Assembly (NCBI GenBank): GCA_028707125.1 | Contig: JAQTUX010000001.1 | Span: 977,493 to 1,041,492 of the forward strand | Source: Candidatus Omnitrophota bacterium | GTDB taxonomy: Bacteria > Omnitrophota > Gorgyraeia > Gygaellales > JAQTUX01 | Direction: 5' to 3' | Length of the DNA: 64,000 nt | Part shown: positions 1 to 9,095 of the stretch, in pieces | How positions within the stretch are numbered: the first letter of the stretch is position 1 | Layout: every line of letters begins with the position of its first letter | The notes under the pieces: model-generated | Databases searched by the model: none | The model's input: the letters and a program-made list of their open reading frames with translations, nothing else | What the model was told of the DNA's origin: nothing | Translations under genes and position numbers: made by a program

Positions 1-752
1 GGTTTAACCGCGCAAAGAAGAAACTGGTTGAGGCAAACCTGCGGCTGGTAGTAAGCATAGCGAAGAAATATACTAACAGGGGGCTCTCCTTTTTGGACCT
101 GATCCAGGAAGGGAATATGGGCCTGATGCGGGCAGTGGAGAAATTTGAATACAAGCGCGGATATAAATTCTCCACTTATGCCACCTGGTGGATACGCCAG
201 GCAATAACCCGTTCCATAGCCGACCAGGCGCGCACCATAAGAATACCCGTGCATATGACGGAGACGATAAATAAGATCATACGCATAACGCGGCTTTTCG
301 TGCAGGAGAACGGCAGGGAGCCGCTGCCGGGAGAAATAGCCAGGGAAATGCGCATGCCTCAGGATAAGGTCAAGGCAATACTGAAGATCGCTCAGGAGCC
401 GATATCGCTGCAGATGCCCATAGGAGACGAGGGGGATACGCATTTTGGGGATTTTATTGAAGATAAGAGGGCGGTTTCTCCCGCGAACGCTACCGTGCGT
501 TCCATGCTGAAGGATGAGATGAACAGCGCGCTGGATACCCTAAGCGACCGCGAAAGAAAGATATTGACCTTGAGGTTCGGCATGACCGACGATTCTCCCC
601 GCACGCTTGAGGAGGTGGGCAATATATTTGACGTCACCAGAGAGCGGGTGCGTCAGATAGAGGCAAAGGCATTAAGGAAACTCAGGCACCCCACCCGCTC
701 GCGCCGGCTGCGTTCTTTTCTGGATATGACTTTGGCGCATGAAAGGGATTAA
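1..752 (+). CDS. rpoD: RNA polymerase sigma-70 factor RpoD, 3' portion (regions 2-4); the 5' end lies outside the window
   Basis: The frame is open from base 3 and translates as ...[54 protein letters not shown]..., the sigma-70 region 2.x signature, with a region 4 HTH at the C-terminus; the stop is at 752. Confidence 0.9.
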   Translation, partial: FNRAKKKLVEANLRLVVSIAKKYTNRGLSFLDLIQEGNMGLMRAVEKFEYKRGYKFSTYATWWIRQAITRSIADQARTIRIPVHMTETINKIIRITRLFVQENGREPLPGEIAREMRMPQDKVKAILKIAQEPISLQMPIGDEGDTHFGDFIEDKRAVSPANATVRSMLKDEMNSALDTLSDRERKILTLRFGMTDDSPRTLEEVGNIFDVTRERVRQIEAKALRKLRHPTRSRRLRSFLDMTLAHERD

Positions 753-773
753 GCGCGTAGAGTTGGCTTTAAG

Positions 774-814
774 CCCGCTGAGGCCTCCCTTTGAGTTCCC
801 TCAGCGGGTTTTTT
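774..814 (+). terminator. Rho-independent terminator after rpoD
   Basis: CCCGCTGAGG, a 15-nt loop, CCTCAGCGGG, then TTTTTT. Confidence 0.7.
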
Positions 815-832
815 GTCGGTCAATTTTAGTAT

Positions 833-860
833 TGCAAATTCGCGTTCGTGGTTGTATAAT
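833..860 (+). promoter_or_regulatory. Sigma-70-type promoter upstream of the tRNA pair
   Basis: TTGCAA (833-838), a 16-nt spacer, then TATAAT (855-860), about 45 nt upstream of the first tRNA. Confidence 0.5.
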
Positions 861-904
861 ATTTCATCTATCTATACGCTTTTGAGGGGGTTGCAAAATA
901 TATC

Positions 905-978
905 GGGCCCATAGCTCAGTTGGTTAGAGCAGCTGACTCATAATCAGCGGGTCAGAGGTTCAAGTCCTCTTGGGCCCA
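905..978 (+). tRNA. tRNA with a CAU anticodon, most like tRNA-Ile2 (lysidine type); elongator Met is not excluded
   Basis: Cloverleaf GGGCCCA..GCTC AGTTGGTTA GAGC..GCTGA CTCATAA TCAGC..GGTTCAAGTCC..TGGGCCC A. The anticodon loop is CUCAUAA. Acceptor pairs C4-G69 and C5-G68 and the T-arm GGTTCAAGTCC resemble E. coli ileX more than metT. CCA is not encoded. Confidence 0.8.
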
Positions 979-1106
979 CGAAGTTCGCCGAAGGCGAACG
1001 AGTCCCGAGCAGCAGTTGTTAGTGTTGAGGCTGCGAGGGAGTCCCTCGTTGCCTGCGGAATAGGAAGGCAACTCGGGATCAAATTTTTACTTCGTAAAAA
1101 TTTGTC

Positions 1107-1183
1107 GGGCGATTGGCTCAGCTGGTTAGAGCGTTGCGTTCACATCGCAAAGGTCACAGGTTCGAATCCTGTATCGCCCACCA
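1107..1183 (+). tRNA. tRNA-Val (anticodon CAC)
   Basis: GGGCGAT acceptor, D arm GCTCAGCTGGTTAGAGC, anticodon stem-loop TTGCG TTCACAT CGCAA, T arm GGTTCGAATCC, 3' ATCGCCC A with an encoded CCA. Confidence 0.85.
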
Positions 1184-1288
1184 CTACGCTTTAGTTTAGA
1201 TAGTTGGCGTAGTGTTGTCCCGAGCAGCAGTCGTTAGATTTTAGACTGCGAGGGACCACGATTGAGATGCAGACAACCGAAAGAGGAT

Positions 1289-2011
1289 ATGCCTGAAGTA
1301 AGCATACGCGAGCAAATAAAAAAACTCTTAGAACTTCAGAATGTTGATTCTGAGATCTATAGATTGAACCGCGAGAAAGAGGATAAGCCGGCTTTGCTTA
1401 AGCAAATGGAGGCGGCCTTTGAGGAAAAGAAGGCGCTCCTGCAGAGGCTTGAAGATGAACGCAAGGCCCTGCTTCTTAAGCGCAAAGAAAAAGAAGGCCA
1501 GCTTGCCCAGAAAGAAGAACAGGCAAAGAAGCTGGAAGGGCAGTTGTTCCAGATAAAGACGAATAAGGAATATACAGCGATGCGGAAGGAGATAGCCGGC
1601 ATCAAGGCGGACAATTCTTTGATAGAAGACGAGATAATCTCCCTGTTTGAACAGGCAGACAATAAGGATAAGGAAATAGACGCGGAAAAAAAGCGCCTGC
1701 AAGAGGAAGAGGCAAGATTCAACAGCGAGAAGAAGGCGGTTGATGAACGCGTTAAAGAAATAGACGCCCTGATCAATACGCTTAAGGAAAAAAGAGGGCA
1801 GATGGCGCCCTTGATAGAAAAGAGCGTGCTCGCGCAGTACGAACGCATTTTAAAGAACAGAGACGGTTCTGCCATAGTCGCGGTTAAAGATAACTGCTGC
1901 GGGGGCTGCTTCATAAACCTTCGGCCTCAGGTAATAAACGAGATCAAGATGAATGAGCGGCTTGTGTTCTGCGGCAGCTGCTCGCGTATTTTATGCATAG
2001 ATAATGAGTAA
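1289..2011 (+). CDS. COG1579-family zinc-ribbon coiled-coil protein (putative nucleic-acid binding)
   Basis: A long charged coiled-coil (MPEVSIREQIKKLLELQNVDSEIYRL...) ends in CGGCFINLRPQ...FCGSCSRILC, a CxxC...CxxC ribbon. The ATG at 1289 follows AAAGAGG; an upstream TTG at 1262 is possible. It sits directly upstream of rnhA as in many genomes. Confidence 0.7.
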   Translation: MPEVSIREQIKKLLELQNVDSEIYRLNREKEDKPALLKQMEAAFEEKKALLQRLEDERKALLLKRKEKEGQLAQKEEQAKKLEGQLFQIKTNKEYTAMRKEIAGIKADNSLIEDEIISLFEQADNKDKEIDAEKKRLQEEEARFNSEKKAVDERVKEIDALINTLKEKRGQMAPLIEKSVLAQYERILKNRDGSAIVAVKDNCCGGCFINLRPQVINEIKMNERLVFCGSCSRILCIDNE

Positions 2012-2423
2012 TGACGAGGTCTTTGACATATATATAGACGGCGCCTCAAAGAATAACCCCGGGCCGGCGGGTATAGGCGTGATCATCTGCCGCGGGGAAG
2101 AAGTAGTCAAGAATGTGTCGCGCTTTCTTGGCGAGGCGACAAATAATATAGCCGAATACAGCGCGCTTATTTGCGCCCTGGAAGAAGCGGTTTCTTTGGG
2201 CATCAAGCGGGTAAGGGTCAATACCGACAGCCAGCTTGTTTACAGGCAGATCAAGCGGGAATACAGGGTAAAAGACCTCAATATCAAAGTGATGTTTGAG
2301 AAGGCGCTTATGCTGCTTTGCCGTTTTGATCATTTTGATATAAGGCATATACCGCGCGCTGAGAACGAGGGCGCGGATCGGCTGGCAAACATAGCAGTTA
2401 AGAAAGCGATAGAAAAGAAATAA
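2004..2423 (+). CDS. rnhA: Ribonuclease HI family protein (RNase H-like)
   Basis: 139 aa reading DIYIDGASKNNPGPAGIGVII...ATNNIAEYSALICALEEA...RVNTDSQLV...HIPRAENEGADRLAN, an RNase H fold with DEDD-type motifs. Confidence 0.75.
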   Translation: MSNDEVFDIYIDGASKNNPGPAGIGVIICRGEEVVKNVSRFLGEATNNIAEYSALICALEEAVSLGIKRVRVNTDSQLVYRQIKREYRVKDLNIKVMFEKALMLLCRFDHFDIRHIPRAENEGADRLANIAVKKAIEKK

Positions 2424-2425
2424 TG

Positions 2426-2870
2426 CAGGTTGGATAGCCGCCCCCGTACCAACTGGCGCGGGGGAGGAAAGTCCGGGCTCCGGAAGGTTTTGCGTACCCC
2501 GATAATTTCGGGGCTATCCTCCTACGCCCATCGATGAGTAAATCATGGTAGGGCTTCGGAGCGATAAGGATCAGAGCCACAGAGACGAGTAGCGGCTGAA
2601 GATGCGATTATCAAGATCCTTCGCCCCGCTTTGCGGGGCTCAGGATCACATCGCAGCCTTCGGTTGCGATGTGAAACGCGGCAATCTCTACGCGGAGCAA
2701 GGCCAGAAAGGAGACGATGAGCCACGAAACCTGGCTCGCTTGCACCGAGTGTCACCCGCAAGGGAATATGATACGAGGTGCTATCAGTCTTGGGTAGGCC
2801 GCAGGACGCCCTCAGCAATGAAGGCGCTTAGATGAATGGCTATCATAACAGAACCCGGCTTATTAACTTG
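2426..2870 (+). ncRNA. rnpB: RNase P RNA (bacterial type A, M1 RNA)
   Basis: Contains the universal P4 strands GGAGGAAAGTCCGGGCTCC (5') and ACAGAACCCGGCTTAT (3'), plus AGATGAATGGCT and GCAAGGCCAGAAAGG-like blocks matching E. coli M1 RNA. P1 can form between CAGGTTGGATAGCCG (2426-2440) and CGGCTTATTAACTTG (2856-2870). Confidence 0.9.
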
Positions 2871-2902
2871 CATTATTTCATTATCTATAGGGGGATGTAA
2901 AG

Positions 2903-3475
2903 ATGAAAAGGGATTTAAGGGTTGCTTTCGCGGCAGGCGCGCTGTTCCTGATCCTCGGCGGAAGGTCTTTTGCCGTATCGTTTGATCTGACAGATGAGCA
3001 GTTGTCTGAAGCAGTGGAATATGGCCGGCAGGGAGGCAATAATTTATCCCTGGGATCTGAATGGACGGTCACTAAGCCCGGATTAAAGGGCTGGGTTGAG
3101 GTGAAGACGCCTTTTAAGGCGGCGGCTGAATTTGTCAGGAATAATCCTTCAAGGAAGCGGTTCGCGAACAGCGAGCTAAGAGAAGTGATCGAACCGCTTA
3201 AAGGCAACCTTATCTTTACTTACTATCATTACAAACTGGACGATGAGTTTACTCAAAGGCCTTCGCCTACGGGCGAGTATTACGCCTTTTTAATGGCAGG
3301 GGAAAAGTACGTTTATCCCTTACGTTACACAACCGGTACCCGGTTTAAGGAGATAAGCCTGGATTTTGTTTTTCCCGCTGAAGATATTGAAGAGGGCTCG
3401 CAGATAAAGTTCGTTTTCAGGGAACCGTCGGGTTTCCAGCGGGATTTCGTTTTTGATTTAGATAAAATACGATAA
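2903..3475 (+). CDS. Hypothetical secreted protein with an N-terminal signal peptide
   Basis: RBS GGGGGATGTAAAG before the ATG; N-terminus MKRDLRVAFAAGALFLILGGRSFA; no family recognised. Confidence 0.5.
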   Translation: MKRDLRVAFAAGALFLILGGRSFAVSFDLTDEQLSEAVEYGRQGGNNLSLGSEWTVTKPGLKGWVEVKTPFKAAAEFVRNNPSRKRFANSELREVIEPLKGNLIFTYYHYKLDDEFTQRPSPTGEYYAFLMAGEKYVYPLRYTTGTRFKEISLDFVFPAEDIEEGSQIKFVFREPSGFQRDFVFDLDKIR

Positions 3476-3487
3476 GGGAGGGTATTT

Positions 3488-4237
3488 ATGTCAGGTCATT
3501 CAAAGTGGAAGACAAATAAGTCAAGAAAAACAGCGGCAGACGCGAAAAAAGGCGCTGTCTATACAAAGTTGATCAAGGAAATAACTGCCATAGCCAGGGA
3601 TGGCGGCGGCGATCCGGATACTAACGCGCGCCTCAGGGCGGTTATGCAGAAGGCAAAAGAAGCGAACATGCCCTCTGATAACGTCAAGACCGCGATCAAG
3701 CGCGGCACCGGCGAATTACCGGGCGTTTCTTACGAAGAGGTTGTATATGAGGGCTACGGACCGGCCGGCGTCGCTATAATGGTCGAGACCCTCACAGACA
3801 ACAAAAACCGCACCTCTGCTGAGGTGAGGAATATATTCTCCAAAAAAGGCGGAAACCTCGCGGGCGCGGGTTCCGTAAGCTGGATATTCAACACAAAGGG
3901 CTTCATCGTGATAGACACATCAAAGGTGAAGGAGGAACAGCTTCTTGACATAGTGCTTGAGGCAGGCGCTGAGGATATGAAGGTTGAGGGAGACACCTAT
4001 GAAGTCATCACGCAGCCAAAGGACCTGGAAAATGTCAAGGGCGCCCTTTCCAAGCATAATATCGAGTGGCAATCGGCGGAGATAATGAAAATACCCTCTT
4101 CAAGCGTAAAGGTCGCTTCCGAGCAGAACGCGAAGAGCCTCCTTGCTTTAATAGACGCCCTGGAGGAACAAGAGGATGTCCAGAACGTATATTCCAATTT
4201 TGATATACCGGATGAACTGCTGGTTAACACAGAATAG
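3488..4237 (+). CDS. yebC: YebC/PmpR family DNA-binding transcriptional regulator
   Basis: MSGHSKWKTNKSRKTAADAKKGAVYTKLIKEI...GGDPDTNARLRAV is the canonical YebC N-terminus, in the conserved position upstream of ruvC. Confidence 0.9.
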   Translation: MSGHSKWKTNKSRKTAADAKKGAVYTKLIKEITAIARDGGGDPDTNARLRAVMQKAKEANMPSDNVKTAIKRGTGELPGVSYEEVVYEGYGPAGVAIMVETLTDNKNRTSAEVRNIFSKKGGNLAGAGSVSWIFNTKGFIVIDTSKVKEEQLLDIVLEAGAEDMKVEGDTYEVITQPKDLENVKGALSKHNIEWQSAEIMKIPSSSVKVASEQNAKSLLALIDALEEQEDVQNVYSNFDIPDELLVNTE

Positions 4238-4248
4238 CTGATCAACAA

Positions 4249-4731
4249 ATGCGTATCCTGGGCATAGACCCCGGCCTTTATATAACCGGTTACGGCCTCA
4301 TAGACTGTAACAAGTCAAGGTGTTCATTGATAGAAGCGGGGATAATCAAAACAGGGCAGAAAGAAGCCCTGCCTGAACGGCTGGGCAGGATCTTCCGGGG
4401 GCTGTGCGGTTTAATTGAGGAAACGCGTCCGGACGCGATGGTTTTAGAAAAGCTGTATGCTCATTATAAGCACCCTCTTACTTCATGTTTGCTGGGCCAT
4501 GCCAGAGGGGCTGCCTGCCTGGCGGCGGCGAACTCCAAGATCGCCTTTGTTGAGTATCCTTCCACGCGCATCAAGAAGGCGATAGTGGGCAGGGGCAGCG
4601 CTTCAAAGGGGCAGGTAAAAAGAATGGTTGAGAGCATATTGGGCGCCGGCACGCTTGACGGGCCGTATGACGCGACGGACGCGCTGGCAGCCGCCATGAC
4701 GCATTTTCATGTCATCAGGAGCAAGGTATGA
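4249..4731 (+). CDS. ruvC: Holliday junction resolvase RuvC
   Basis: MRILGIDPGLYITGYGLID... is the RuvC fold, in yebC-ruvC-ruvA order. Confidence 0.9.
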   Translation: MRILGIDPGLYITGYGLIDCNKSRCSLIEAGIIKTGQKEALPERLGRIFRGLCGLIEETRPDAMVLEKLYAHYKHPLTSCLLGHARGAACLAAANSKIAFVEYPSTRIKKAIVGRGSASKGQVKRMVESILGAGTLDGPYDATDALAAAMTHFHVIRSKV

Positions 4732-5348
4732 TAGCCAAGCTTTACGGCAAGGTTATTGACAGCGGCGATGACTACCTGCTGCTGGATGTGGGAGGCATAT
4801 GTTACGAGGTCTTTATTCCGGCGGCGATCTTAAAAAAGATCGAACAGGAAGGCATAAACGGCAGCATTGAGTTGATCACTTATCATTATCATCAGGTCGA
4901 GCCGTCAAAGAGCTTTCCCGTGCTTATCGGTTTTATCAATAATATAGAGAAGGAATTCTTCGAGCAGTTCATCACTGTTTCCGGTATCGGGCCGAAGGCG
5001 GCGCTCAAGGCGTTCAGCAAGCCGATATCGCTTATCGCCAAGGCGATCGATGAAGGCGACGTAAGTTTTCTGCGTTCGCTTCCCGGCATAGGCCAGCAGC
5101 GCGCCAGAGAAATAGTCGCCAAGCTCCAGGGGAAGGTCGGCAAGTTCGCCCTGATCCAGGACAACATAGAGGGCGGGGCGGCGGATGGAAAAGGCGACAT
5201 ATCGCGAGAGGCAATGGGCGTGCTCGAGCAATTGCAGTACAAAAAAGGCGAGGCAGAGCGGATGGTGAAAGCGGCATTTGAGCGCGCCCCGCAGATATCT
5301 TCGGTAGAGGAGATCCTGAACGAGGTCTACCGGCAGAGGAGGAAATAA
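4728..5348 (+). CDS. ruvA: Holliday junction branch-migration protein RuvA
   Basis: MIAKLYGKV...LLLDVGGICYEVFIP..., with HhH motifs FITVSGIGPKAALKA and a C-terminal domain III. Confidence 0.85.
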   Translation: MIAKLYGKVIDSGDDYLLLDVGGICYEVFIPAAILKKIEQEGINGSIELITYHYHQVEPSKSFPVLIGFINNIEKEFFEQFITVSGIGPKAALKAFSKPISLIAKAIDEGDVSFLRSLPGIGQQRAREIVAKLQGKVGKFALIQDNIEGGAADGKGDISREAMGVLEQLQYKKGEAERMVKAAFERAPQISSVEEILNEVYRQRRK

Positions 5349-5965
5349 TGGACGAGGGTATCGTGAAGGGCGTTATCGAGGCGTTGTTGTTCATAAGCGA
5401 CAGCCCTCTTTCCATAGAGCGGATGCAGGGCGCTTTCGATGCCATAGAAAGCCCGTATTTGCTTCAGTGCCTTGATTCGTTGAAAAAAGAATACGATGAG
5501 TCCGGCCGCGGCCTGAAGATAGTGGAAGTCGCCGGCGGCTATCAGTTTGTCAGCGCGCCGCAGTACCTGCAGTTCCTTAAGAAATTTTACAGGCAGAAGA
5601 ACACCGACCGCCTCAGGCCCGCGGCCCTGGAGACGCTGGCCATCATTGCCTACAAACAGCCGCTGACCCGCATTGATATAGAGAAGATCAGAGGGGTTAA
5701 CGTTGACGGCGTGATCAAGAGCCTCATGGATAAGGGGATCATACGCGTAGCCGGCAGGAAAAAACATACCCCCGGCAGGCCTTTTTTATACGGGACTACC
5801 AGGGTTTTTCTGGAAAGATTCGGTTTGAATTCTTTGGCTGACCTGCCCGAGATGGAAGAGTTCAAGGCGGGCGCGGCGGCCCTGGTTGATCAGGAAGAGA
5901 ATATAGAGGAGGAAAAAGATGCAGTTGTTGAAAACGCTGCGCAGGCAGATAAACAGGCTGGATAA
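5348..5965 (+). CDS. scpB: Segregation and condensation protein B (ScpB)
   Basis: [19 protein letters not shown]....[11 protein letters not shown]...[29 protein letters not shown] is the ScpB winged-helix tandem. Confidence 0.85.
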   Translation: [205 protein letters not shown]

Positions 5966-6983
5966 AGATATAATAAACCTTTTGAATAAAAGGGCGGAGA
6001 TAATACTCAAGGTAGGGCGCGTTAAGGTAAGGTCCGGCAAGGGGATCTATTCTCCCGACAGGGAAGCGGATGTCCTTAAGAGATGCACGCTTTTAAACAG
6101 GGGGCCTTTGACTAAAGGGGCGGTCCAGGCGATATACAAAGAGATCATGTCCGCGTCGCTTTCTCTGGAGAAGCCGATATCTATCGCTTATTTAGGCCCG
6201 GAGGCGACCTTTACGCACCTGGCAGCGTTGAAGAAATTCGGTTCCCAGGTCAATTATTACCCCTGTAATACCATAAGCGAAATATTCCTGGAAGTGGAGA
6301 GGGGCGTGGCCGACTACGGAGTTGTCCCTATTGAGAATTCTATTGAAGGCGCGGTTACGCATACGCTTGATATGCTTGTTGATTCCGACCTGAAGGTATG
6401 CGCGCAGATCATACTGGACGTGTCTCATAATCTGCTAAGCCGTTACGGCCTGAAGGCGATAAAGTATGTGTATTCCAATCCTCAGGTATTCGGCCAGTGC
6501 AGGTTATGGCTGCAGAAGAATCTGCCTCAGGCAGAGCTGGTAGAGGTTTCTTCTACCACGCGCGCCGCGCAGCTTGCCGGCAAGAACAGATACAGCGCCG
6601 CCATTGCCTCTATACTGGCGGCCAAGGTGTATAAATTAAAGGCCCTCGCGCGGGATATTGAAGACAGCCCGCATAATATAACGCGTTTTCTGGTGATCGG
6701 CAGCCACGAAGTTCCGCCTACCGGATACGACCGCACCTCGGTTGTGTTCTCGGTCAAAGACAAGGTAGGCGCGCTTCATGATATGCTCGCGCCTTTTAAG
6801 AAATACAGGCTCAACCTTACCAAGATCGAATCAAGGCCGTCCAAGAAAAGGGCATGGGATTATTATTTCTTCATTGACTTAAACGGCCACTGCCGCGATA
6901 CAAAGGTGAAGAAGGCATTGGATGAGCTGGAAGAGAAGTGTAAGTTCTTAAAAGTGCTGGGGTCGTATCCTATTATTGAGTGA
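5919..6983 (+). CDS. pheA: Bifunctional chorismate mutase / prephenate dehydratase (P-protein) with a C-terminal ACT domain
   Basis: N-terminal CM helix (LRRQINRLDKDIINLLNKRAEI), a PDT domain (IAYLGPEATFTHLAA...VVPIENSIEGAV) and a C-terminal ACT domain; 47-nt overlap with scpB. Confidence 0.85.
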   Translation: MQLLKTLRRQINRLDKDIINLLNKRAEIILKVGRVKVRSGKGIYSPDREADVLKRCTLLNRGPLTKGAVQAIYKEIMSASLSLEKPISIAYLGPEATFTHLAALKKFGSQVNYYPCNTISEIFLEVERGVADYGVVPIENSIEGAVTHTLDMLVDSDLKVCAQIILDVSHNLLSRYGLKAIKYVYSNPQVFGQCRLWLQKNLPQAELVEVSSTTRAAQLAGKNRYSAAIASILAAKVYKLKALARDIEDSPHNITRFLVIGSHEVPPTGYDRTSVVFSVKDKVGALHDMLAPFKKYRLNLTKIESRPSKKRAWDYYFFIDLNGHCRDTKVKKALDELEEKCKFLKVLGSYPIIE

Positions 6984-8110
6984 TGGAAGATCTTGTAAGA
7001 AAAAATCTATCAGAGATCAAGCCCTATGTCCCGGGCAGGCCCATAGACGAGATAAGGCGCGAGTATAACCTGAAGAAGGTCATTAAGCTTGCTTCTAACG
7101 AGAACCCTCTGCCGCCGCCGCCTTCTGTGCGCCGCGCCATATCCAAAGCGGTTATGGAAGCAAACAGGTATCCTGACGGGGATTGTTATTATTTAAAATC
7201 AGCCGTGTCTGATAAGCTGGGAGTGAAGAATTTCAACCTTATTTTCGGGAACGGCTCGGACGAGATCATTGACATCATCATAAAGGCCTTTATGAACGAC
7301 GGGGAGGAAGTTGTCACCTCCGATACAACCTTCCTGGAGTATGAGATAGTTTCCAGGATCAATTCCAGGCGGGTGGTCCTTGTGCCCCTGAAGGGTCTCA
7401 AATATGATCTGGAGGCGATGCTTAAGGCGATCAATGCCAGGACAAAGCTGGTTTTTATAGCCAACCCTAACAATCCCACAGGCACCTACGTAGACCGCCG
7501 GGAAACAGAGGATTTCCTCGCGCGCGTTCCGGATAACGTAATAGTTATCTTTGATGAGGCATATAGCGAGTTCATTGACGCGGATGATTTTCCCCGATCA
7601 ATGTCTTATCTGGATAAGAACGTTATTTTGCTAAGGACATTTTCCAAGGCCTACGCCCTGGCAGGGCTGCGCCTCGGCTTTGCCGTGGCAGGCGCTGAGT
7701 TTATAAAGGCGATGGAGAAGGTGCGCCAGCCCTTTAACGTAAATTCGCTGGCGCAGGCAGCAGCCATAGCAGCGATCAATGATGAGCGTTTTCTGGCTAA
7801 GACAAAGAGTATTGTCAGCCGGGGCAAGAAGTATCTCTATAAGGCATTGGACAAAACTGGCATTGAATACGTAAGGTCGGAGGCCAACTTCATACTGGTC
7901 GATCTTAAAAGGGATTGTGCCGGCGTGTTTGAGGAAATGCTGCGATACGGATTAATAGTCAGGGATATGAAGCAATATGGGCTAAGCACTTATATACGTG
8001 TTACGATAGGCACGGAAGAGGAGAACAGGAAATTCGTCGGTATTTTAAATAAGGTTATGCGGGCAAAGGAGAATCAGCATGATAATCGTCTTAAGGCCGG
8101 ACGCTACTAA
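6980..8110 (+). CDS. hisC: Histidinol-phosphate / aromatic aminotransferase (class II PLP)
   Basis: KLASNENPLPPPPSV...YPDG...FSKAYALAGLRLGF are HisC family motifs; the gene is embedded in the aromatic amino-acid cluster. Confidence 0.85.
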   Translation: MMEDLVRKNLSEIKPYVPGRPIDEIRREYNLKKVIKLASNENPLPPPPSVRRAISKAVMEANRYPDGDCYYLKSAVSDKLGVKNFNLIFGNGSDEIIDIIIKAFMNDGEEVVTSDTTFLEYEIVSRINSRRVVLVPLKGLKYDLEAMLKAINARTKLVFIANPNNPTGTYVDRRETEDFLARVPDNVIVIFDEAYSEFIDADDFPRSMSYLDKNVILLRTFSKAYALAGLRLGFAVAGAEFIKAMEKVRQPFNVNSLAQAAAIAAINDERFLAKTKSIVSRGKKYLYKALDKTGIEYVRSEANFILVDLKRDCAGVFEEMLRYGLIVRDMKQYGLSTYIRVTIGTEEENRKFVGILNKVMRAKENQHDNRLKAGRY

Positions 8111-9095
8111 AAGACAGACAGACCACATAGTTGAGCGGGTGAAGAAGCTGGGATTGACCCCTCATCTTTCCAAGGGCACAGAGCGCACCATTATCGGTGT
8201 CATAGGCCCGGAGGATATCCTGCGGGTTACGCCGCTTGAAGTATTCCCCGGAGTTGAGAGGGTGATGTCTGTGCTCGCTCCGTATAAGCTGGTTTCGCGC
8301 GAATTCAGGCAGCAGGATTCCGTGCTGGATCTGGGAAAGGGCGTTAAGGTGGGAGGCAAGGAAATAATAATTATGGCCGGGCCTTGCGCGATAGAGAGCT
8401 TGAAGTGCTTGAAAGATACAGCCAGGAAGGTAAAGGCGGCAGGCGCTAAAGTATTAAGAGGCGGCGCGTTCAAGCCGCGGACATCGCCTTACAGCTTCCA
8501 GGGATTGGGAGAGAAGGGGTTGAGATACCTTAAAGAGGTAGGCGATGAGTTCGGCCTTGTTACGGTAACCGAAGTGATGGACCCCAGGGACGTTGGGCTC
8601 GTGGCTGAGTTCTCTGATATGCTGCAGATAGGCGCCCGCAATATGCAGAATTTTAATCTCCTTAAAGAGGTCGGCGGCACACAAAAGCCGATACTGCTTA
8701 AAAGGGGTATGTCTTCTACCATAAAGGAATGGCTTATGTCTGCTGAGTATGTGCTTTCCGGGGGGAATTTTAACGTAGTCCTTTGCGAACGCGGCATACG
8801 CACCTTTGAGGATTTTACGCGCAACACCCTTGATATAAGCGCCATACCCGCGGTAAAACAGCTTTCGCATCTGCCGATAGTGGTTGACCCCAGTCATGCC
8901 GCTGGCAGATGGGGCATGGTCCCCAGTTTGTCAAAGGCAGCCATCGCGGCCGGCGCGGACGGCTTGATCATAGAGGTCCACCCTGATCCCGAAGAGGCCT
9001 TGTCAGACGGAGTGCAGTCCTTGCTTCCGGAAAGATTTAAGCAACTCATACAGGAATTAAAGGCGGTTGCCGCGGCAGTGGGAAGAAAGTTATGA
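8079..9095 (+). CDS. aroF: 3-deoxy-7-phosphoheptulonate (DAHP) synthase, type I-beta with an N-terminal ferredoxin-like regulatory domain
   Basis: [12 protein letters not shown]...[20 protein letters not shown]...DPSH is the KDO8PS/DAHPS I-beta core, preceded by an ~80-aa ACT/FL-like domain as in Thermotoga-type DAHPS. Confidence 0.85.
   Translation: MIIVLRPDATKRQTDHIVERVKKLGLTPHLSKGTERTIIGVIGPEDILRVTPLEVFPGVERVMSVLAPYKLVSREFRQQDSVLDLGKGVKVGGKEIIIMAGPCAIESLKCLKDTARKVKAAGAKVLRGGAFKPRTSPYSFQGLGEKGLRYLKEVGDEFGLVTVTEVMDPRDVGLVAEFSDMLQIGARNMQNFNLLKEVGGTQKPILLKRGMSSTIKEWLMSAEYVLSGGNFNVVLCERGIRTFEDFTRNTLDISAIPAVKQLSHLPIVVDPSHAAGRWGMVPSLSKAAIAAGADGLIIEVHPDPEEALSDGVQSLLPERFKQLIQELKAVAAAVGRKL

Noticed and set aside
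970-1194. ORF 970..1194 (+), 74 aa
   Set aside because: It spans the tRNA trailer, the intergenic region and the whole tRNA-Val gene. The C-terminus is a translation of the tRNA.
2543-2835. ORFs 2602..2835 (+) and 2543..2818 (-) overlapping the RNase P RNA
   Set aside because: They lie entirely inside rnpB, whose conserved P4 and other blocks account for the sequence. They are arginine/serine-rich junk translations.
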